A stretch of DNA of 16,468 nt, from the NCBI RefSeq assembly GCF_006345805.1, contig NW_021825255.1, positions 1 to 16,468 on the forward strand, in the 5' to 3' direction. Below the pieces are notes generated by a model. It was not told the DNA's origin, searched no databases, and worked only from the letters and a program-made list of their open reading frames with translations. How positions within the stretch are numbered: position 1 is the stretch's first letter; each line of letters begins with the position of its first letter. This stretch comes from Octopus sinensis. Lineage: Eukaryota. A program made the position numbers and the translations under genes. Below, piece after piece: positions 9,480 through 16,468 of this stretch.

Positions 9480-11327
9480 TTTTTTAATTTAATTTTATTT
9501 TATCTAGTTTCAGCTTACGAGCTGTGGCCATGCTGGGGCACCACCATTTGGTGTTGCTACATGGCTTTACTTCACGAATGCCTTTTAGCAACTGCCATTT
9601 GGTGCATGAGAGAGTTCGATGCAGCTGCCCTCATCTGCACCTCCTGCCGTGAAGTTGGTTCATCTGGGACACCTGACAGGAAGAGATCCAGTTTCATTTT
9701 AAAGACATCTGCATCCACCTCATGCAGGTCTCTTAGGTTCTTCGGGAGGATATTGAAGAGCTGTGGGCCTCTGAAGCCCAGGCTATCACAGTATCTTGTC
9801 CTACATCTTGATGGCAAATTTGGAGTCCTTGGCACCATGCAGTGGCACCCAGTTCTGGCATTTGTGTAACTCTCGATGCCAAAGTTTGGGACAAGTCCCT
9901 CCAGGATCTTCCAGATGAATATTATGGCATATCTTTCTCTATATAGATAGATTGATAGATAGATAGATAGACATCTGCATCCACCTCATGCAGGTCTCTT
10001 AGGTTCTTCGGGAGGATATTGAAGAGCTGTGGGCCTCTGAAGCCCAGGCTATCACAGTATCTTGTCCTACATTGATGGCAAATTTGGAGTCCTAGGCACC
10101 ACGCAGTGGCACCCAGTTCTGGCATTTGTGTAACTCTCGATGCCAAAGTTTGGGACAAGTCCCTCCAGGATCTTCCAGATGAATATTATGGCATATCTTT
10201 CTCATATAATAGATTGATAGATAGATAGATAGACATCTGCATCCACCTCATGCAGGTCTCTTAGGTTCTTCGGGAGGATATTGAAGAGCTGTGGGCCTCT
10301 GAAGCCCAGGCTATCACAGTATCTTGTCCTACATCTTGATGGCAAATTTGGAGTCCTAGGCACCACGCAGTGGCACCCAGTTCTGGCATTTGTGTAACTC
10401 TCGATGCCAAAGTTTGGGACAAGTCCCTCCAGGATCTTCCAGATGAATATTATGGCATATCTTTCTCTATATAGATAGATTGATAGATAGATAGATAGAC
10501 ATCTGCATCCACCTCATGCAGGTCTCTTAGGTTCTTCGGGAGGATATTGAAGAGCTGTGGGCCTCTGAAGCCCAGGCTATCACAGTATCTTGTCCTACAT
10601 CTTGATGGCAAATTTGGAGTCCTAGGCACCACGCAGTGGCACCCAGTTCTGGCATTTGTGTAACTCTCGATGCCAAAGTTTGGGACAAGTCCCTCCAGGA
10701 TCTTCCAGATGAATATTATGGCATATCTTTCTCTATATAGATAGATTGATAGATAGATAGATAGATAGATAGACATCTGCATCCACCCCATGCAGGTCTC
10801 TTAGGTTCTTCGGGAGGATATTGAAGAACTGTGGGCCTCGGAAGCCCAGGCTATCACAGTATCTTGTCCTACATCTTGATGGCAAATTTGGAGTCTTTGG
10901 CACCATGCAGTGGCACCCAGTTCTGGCATTTGTGTAACTCTCGATGCCAAGTTTGGACAAGTCCCTCCAGGAACTTCCAGATGAATATTATGGCATATCT
11001 TTCTCTATTATAGATAGATGATAGATAGATAGATAGATAGACATCTGCATCCACCCCATGCAGGTCTCTTAGGTTCTTCGGGAGGATATTGAAGAACTGT
11101 GGGCCTCGGAAGCCCAGGCTATCACGGTATCTTGTCCTACATCTTGATGGCAAATTTGGAGTCCTTGGCACCATGCAGTGGCACCCAGTTCTGGCATTTG
11201 TGTAACTCTCGATGCCAAAGTTTGGGACAAGTCCCTCCAGGATCTCCAGATGTATATATGGCATATCTTTCTCGCCTACGCTCAAAGGAATATAGTTTTA
11301 ATCTCTTGAGTCTTTCCCAGTAGCTTA
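9480..11327 (-). mobile_element. LINE L-B: 5'-truncated CR1/L2-group LINE with an internal ~237-bp segment repeated 6 times with (GATA)n spacers
   Basis: The 5' flank reads YWERLKRLKLYSFERRRERYAI (11325-11260); the units read RERYAIIFIWKILEGLVPNFGIES...GPQLFNILPKNLRDLHEVDADV; the single terminal part reads FKMKLDLFLSGVPDEP...RAAASNSLMHQM...* then 3'UTR and an (ATAAA)n tail. Marker GACATCTGCATCC at 9704, 9970, 10232, 10498, 10772 and 11040. Confidence 0.9.
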
Positions 11328-11638
11328 TATAATAAAGAAAATATTATTACTCGGTGTTATATTTATCTCACACTTTATTTCTTTTTCACTCTACAGAAGC
11401 TGCTACACAAATACAGTATTCAATTGGATTTTAACTTAACATCGTGGGATTGATCGAATATTTCTCAAGTGTGGAGGAATCTGGAATTTCTTTTTACAAA
11501 CTTATTGCTTAAATACTACAGACGCAGATAATATCAACCAAATTTTTCTTCGAGGATTTACATGGCGCAGACCAGGGTAAGTTTTTGATCATTTCCTGCT
11601 TCACACTGATAAAATATATAGGATCTGATGAAATAATA

Positions 11639-11870
11639 GGGTGGCGAGCTGGCAGAAACGTTAGCGCGCCGGGCGAAATGCGTAGCCGTATTTCGTCTGC
11701 CGTTACGTTCTGAGTTCAAATTCCGCCGAGGTCGACTTTGCCTTTCATCCTTTCGGGGTCGATAAATAAAGTACCAGTTTCGCACTGGGGTCGATATAAT
11801 CGACTTAATCCGTTTGTCTGTCCTTGTTTGTCCCTTCTATGTTTAGCCCCTTGTGGGTAGAAAAGAAATA
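11639..11870 (+). mobile_element. SINE-3, tRNA-derived, apparently full length
   Basis: 5' GGGTGGCGAGCTGGCAGAAACGTTAG (A-box-like), GAGTTCAAATTCC at 11712-11724 (B-box-like), central GACTTTGCCTTTCATCCTTTCGGGGTCGATAAA, and an A-rich end. Confidence 0.75.
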
Positions 11871-12257
11871 GATATAGGATATTTAATATTTGGCTCACTT
11901 TTTTTCTGTTCCTTTAATCTTGCTTCCCTTTGCAACCTGCAAAGAACATGCATTGTAACATTCACCATTTGACACCATAACTTTACAAGATCTCAGACAG
12001 CTACCAAACTCTTACTTAACATATGCTACATACCAGTGGTTCCCAGCTGTGGTCCAAAAAGATCTTGGTTGGGTTCTCCCAAACATAAGAGTAAATTGGC
12101 CATCATTGTCGATCTTTTCTGCTTCACTCACACTTTTCAGGTCTCCAAATTTTGTTCAAATTGTTTTCAGAATTGGTTTAGTGATGTAAGTTTTATATTC
12201 TAATTATGAAAATAAAATTCCTTTTTGCTATGAATTAGCCGCCTCCACTGTATTATG

Positions 12258-12708
12258 TGCCGGTGGCACGTAAATACACCAATCCGACCGTACGACAGGC
12301 ACCCATGCCAACCCCCCTTTGCTTGCGAAGACATGTTGGGGCAAGCGAAGGCGAAATCGAATTGAACCAGCCAGGATCCCTGGTCTGGTGGTACGTAAAA
12401 AGCACTATCCGACTCGTGACCGATGCCAGTGCCGCCTCGACTGGCTTCCGTGCCAGTGGCACATAAAATACACCAATCCGACCGTGGCTGTTGCCAGCCT
12501 CGCCTGGCACCTGTGCAGGTGGCACGTAAAATACACCCACTACACTCACGGAGTGTGGTGGCGTTAGGAAGAGCATCCAGCCGTAGAAACACTGCCAGAT
12601 CAGACTGGAGCCTGGTGCAGCCTTCTGGCTTCCAGATCCCCGGTCGAACCGTCCAACCCATGCTAGCATGGGAAACGGACGTTAATGATGATATATATAT
12701 ATATATAG

Positions 12709-12746
<38 letters not shown>

Positions 12747-12918
12747 GCACCCACTACACTCTCGGAGTGGTTGGCGTTAGGAAGGGCATGCAGCTGTAGA
12801 AACATTGCCAGATAAGACTGGAGCCTGTGCAGCCTTCTGGCTTCCCAGATCCCCGGTCGAACCATCCAACCCATGCTAGCACGGGAAACGGACGTTAAAC
12901 GATGATGATGATGATGAT
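12258..12918 (+). mobile_element. Family D long copy (subrepeats plus 3' end, 12258-12690) and a tandem short copy (12744-12918)
   Basis: GTGGCACGTAAAATACACC subrepeats followed by the D terminus twice; (GAT)n tail at 12901-12918. Confidence 0.85.
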
Positions 12919-13110
12919 ACGCTTGAAATCCAAGAAAATGGTGAACCACAGTATTAAGCTTATTAACCCAAAAAATGCTCTAGGACCGCACCATTCTGTG
13001 GTTGATCTCTGCGAGTATGTCATGAGGAGATAGGAAAATTGCAGTTTGTTTGATAAACTCCTAGAGTGCATGGCAAACTTTGGTTTTTGAATATTTACTC
13101 CAAAAATGTA

Positions 13111-13339
13111 TTCTCTTTCACTTGTTTCAGTCATTTGACTGCGGCCATGCTGGAGCACCGCCTTTAGTCGAGCAAATCGACCCCGGGACTTATTCTTTGT
13201 AAGCCCAGTACTTATTCTATCGGTCTCTTTTTGCCGAACCGCTAGGTGACGGAGACGTAAACACACCAGCATCGGTTGTCAAGCAATGCTAGGGGACAAA
13301 CACACACACATATATATATATATACATATATACGACAGG
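13111..13339 (-). mobile_element. SINE-1 3' half (internal microsatellite to tail), fused to the satellite
   Basis: Matches 2465-2684; hairpin CAGTCATTTGACTG at 13128-13141. Confidence 0.85.
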
Positions 13340-16300
13340 ATTTCTTGATATCAGTGTTGTGGAGGGAGTATGTGGACGCAGGGTTTTTTCTCCCAAAATG
13401 CATGGTGGTACACTTGTCCACAGCCAGTTTCACTGCTGACAGTGATGCCTAGGTCACGCTTGCAAGAGGATTTCTTGATATCAGTGTTGTGGAGGGAGTA
13501 TGTGGACGCAGGGTTTTTCTCCCAAAATGCATGGTGGTACACTTGTCCACAGCCAGTTTCACTGCAGACAGTGATGCCTAGGTCACGCTTGCAAGAGGAT
13601 TTCTTGATATCAGTGTTGTGGAGGGAGTATGTGGACGCAGGGTTTTTTCTCCCAAAATGCATGGTGGTACACTTGTCCACAGCCAGTTTCACTGCTGACA
13701 GTGATGCCTAGGTCACGCTCGCAAGAGGATTTCTTGATATCATGTTGTGGAGGGAGTATGTGGACGCAGGGTTTTTTCTCCCAAAATGCATGGTGGTACA
13801 CTTGTCCACAGCCAGTTTCACTGCTGACAGTGATGCCTAGGTCACGCTCGCAAGAGGATTTCTTGATATCATGTTGTGGAGGGAGTATGTGGATGCAGGG
13901 TTTTTTCTCCCAAAATGCATGGTGGTACACTTGTCCACAGCCAGTTTCACTGCTGACAGTGATGCCTAGGTCACGCTCGCAAGAGGATTTCTTGATATCA
14001 GTGTTGTGGAGGGAGTATGTGGACGCAAGGTTTTTTCTCCCAAAATGCATGGTGGTACACTTGTCCACAGCCAGTTTCACTGCTGACAGTGATCCCTAGG
14101 TCACGCTCGCAAGAGGATTTCTTGATATCAGTGTTGTGGAGGGAGTATGTGGACGCAGGGTTTTTTCTCCCAAAATGCATGGTGGTACACTTGTCCACAG
14201 CCAGTTTCACTGCTGACAGTGATCCCTAGGTCACGCTCGCAAGATGATTTCTTGATATCAGTGTTGTGGAGGGAGTATGTGGACGCAGGGTTTTTTCTCC
14301 CAAAATGCATGGTGGTACACTTGTCCACAGCCAGTTTCACTGCTGACAGTGATGCCTAGGTCACGCTCGCAAGAGGATTTCTTGATATCATGTTGTGGAG
14401 GGAGTATGTGGATGCAGGGTTTTTTCTCCCAAAATGCATGGTGGTACACTTGTCCACAGCCAGTTTCACTGCTGACAGTGATCCCTAGGTCACGCTCGCA
14501 AGATGATTTCTTGATATCAGTGTTGTGGAGGGAGTATGTGGACGCAGGGTTGTTTCTCCCAAAATGCATGGTGGTACACTTGTCCACAGCCAGTTTCACT
14601 GCTGACAGTGATGCCTAGGTCACGCTCGGAAGAGGATTTCTTGATATCAGTGTTGTGGAGGGAGTATGTGGACGCAGGGTTGTTTCTCCCAAAATGCATG
14701 GTGGTACACTTGTCCACAGCCAGTTTCACTGCTGACAGTGATGCCTAGGTCACGCTCGGAAGAGGATTTCTTGATATCAGTGTTGTGGTGGGAGTATGTG
14801 GACGCAGGGTTGTTTCTCCCAAAATGCATGGTGGTACACTTGTCCACAGCCAGTTTCACTGCTGGCAGTGATGCCTAGGTCACGCTCGCAAGAGGATTTC
14901 TTGATATCAGTGTTGTGGAGGGAGTATGTGGACGCAGTGTTTTTTCTCCCAAAATGCATGGTGGTACACTTGTCCACAGCCAGTTTCACTGCTGACTGCC
15001 TAGTATGCCTAGGATTTCTTGATATCAGTGTTGTGGAGGAGTATGTGGACGCAGGGTTTTGTCTCCCAAAATATGGTGGTACACTTGTCCACAGCCAGTT
15101 TCCACTGCTGACGGTGATGCCTAGGATTTCTTGATATCAGTGTTGTGGAGGGAGTATGTGGACGCAGTGTTTTTTCTCCCAAAATGCATGGTGGTACACT
15201 TGTCCACAGCCAGTTTCACTGCTGACAGTGATGCCTAGGATTTCTTGATATCAGTGTTGTGGAGGGAGTATGTGGACGCAGGGTTTTGTCTCCCAAAATG
15301 CATGGTGGTACACTTGTCCACAGCCAGTTTCACTGCTGACGGTGATGCCTAGGATTTCTTGATATCAGTGTTGTGGAGGGAGTATGTGGACGCAGGGTTT
15401 TTTCTCCTAAAATGCATGGTGGTACACTTGTCCACAGCCAGTTTCACTGCTGACAGTGATGCCTAGGATTTCTTGATATCAGTGTTGTGGAGGGAGTATG
15501 TGGACGCAGGGTTTTTTCTCCCAAAATGCATGGTGGTACACTTGTCCACAGCCAGTTTCACTGCTGACAGTGATGCCTAGGATTTCTTGATATCAGTGTT
15601 GTGGAGGGAGTATGTGGACGCAGGGTTTTTTCTCCTAAAATGCATGGTGGTACACTTGTCCACAGCCAGTTTCACTGCTGACAGTGATGCCTAGGATTTC
15701 TTGATATCAGTGTTGTGGAGGGAGTATGTGGACGCAGGGTTTTTTCTCCCAAAATGCATGGTGGTACACTTGTCCACAGCCAGTTTCACTGCTGACAGTG
15801 ATGCCTAGGTCACGCTCGCAAGAGGATTTCTTGATATCAGTGTTGTGGAGGGAGTATGTGGACGCAGGGTTTTTTCTCCCAAAATGCATAGGGGTACACT
15901 TGTCCACAGCCAGTTTCACTGCTGACAGAGATGCCTAGGTCACGCTCGCAAGAGGATTTCTTGATATCATGTTGTGGAGGGTGTATGTGGACGCAGGGTT
16001 TTTTCTCCCAAAATGCATGGTGGTACACTTGTCCACAGCCAGTTTCACTGCTGACAGTGATGCCTAGGTCACGCTCGCAAGAGGATTTCTTGATATCAGT
16101 GTTGTGGAGGGAGTATGTGGACGCAAGGTTTTTTCTCCCAAAATGCATGGTGGTACACTTGTCCACAGCCAGTTTCACTGCTGACAGTGATGCCTAGGTC
16201 ACGCTCGCAAGAGGATTTCTTGATATCAGTGTTGTGGAGGGAGTATGTGGACGCAAGGTTTTTTCTCCCAAAATGCATGGTGGTACACTTGTCCACAGCC

Positions 16301-16468
16301 AGTTTCACTGCTGACAGTGATGCCTAGGTCACGCTCGCAAGAGGATTTCTTGATATCAGTGTTGTGGAGGGAGTATGTGGACGCAGGTTTTTCTCTCCAA
16401 AATGCATGGTGGTACACTTGTCCACAGCCAGTTTCACTGCTGACAGTGATGCCTAGTCACGCTCGGAA
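13337..16468 (-). repeat. Satellite of 130/129-bp and 114-bp units (25 units, truncated by the window end) derived from a CR1-group RT segment
   Basis: Unit starts (AGGATTTCTTG or variant): 13337, 13467, 13596, 13726, 13855, 13984, 14114, 14244, 14374, 14503, 14633, 14763, 14893, 15011, 15123, 15237, 15351, 15465, 15579, 15693, 15823, 15953, 16082, 16212, 16342. The minus strand encodes KLAVDKCTTMHFGRKNPASTYSLHNTDIKKSSCERDLGITVSS. Confidence 0.92.

Noticed and set aside
12034-12250. hAT-like MITE (CAGTGG...CCACTG ends)
   Set aside because: Only a 6-bp terminal match, and the flanking 8-mers (CTACATAC versus TATTATGT) do not form a target-site duplication.
12200-12949. 249-aa ORF and the poly-His ORFs at 2009-2506 and 8044-8319
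   Set aside because: They run antisense through D repeats and (GAT)n/(AT)n tracts; the poly-His is the (CAT)n tail.
13337-16468. Regular array as CRISPR or as a repeat-protein gene
   Set aside because: No unique spacers, no cas genes and a eukaryotic context; the 130-nt period breaks frame, and the 114-nt unit has stops in all six frames.

Overview
Eukaryotic, essentially non-genic DNA rich in microsatellites and retroelements. It is probably from an octopod cephalopod; this is inferred from the (AT)n density and the SINE families as I recall them, not from a search. No host protein-coding gene is supportable. The window holds: (AT)n/(CA)n/(CAT)n/(GATA)n tracts; three tRNA-headed SINE families (my labels SINE-1, -2, -3); a (GAT)n-tailed retro-repeat (family D); and 5'-truncated ORF2 C-terminal fragments of three CR1/L2-group LINEs (L-A, L-B, CR1-C). 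Two patterns stand out. (1) LINE ORF2 pieces have become tandem arrays three times: 311 bp x3.2 plus x2 in inverted arms; about 265 bp x6 with (GATA)n spacers; and 130/114 bp x25+ running off the window end with dimeric higher-order structure. (2) SINE-1 shares its 3' end with LINE L-B, including a 5-bp/tetraloop hairpin with compensatory changes, and a similar hairpin-(G)AAA motif ends L-A, D and SINE-2. All analysis was by eye, and assembly artefacts in the arrays cannot be excluded.
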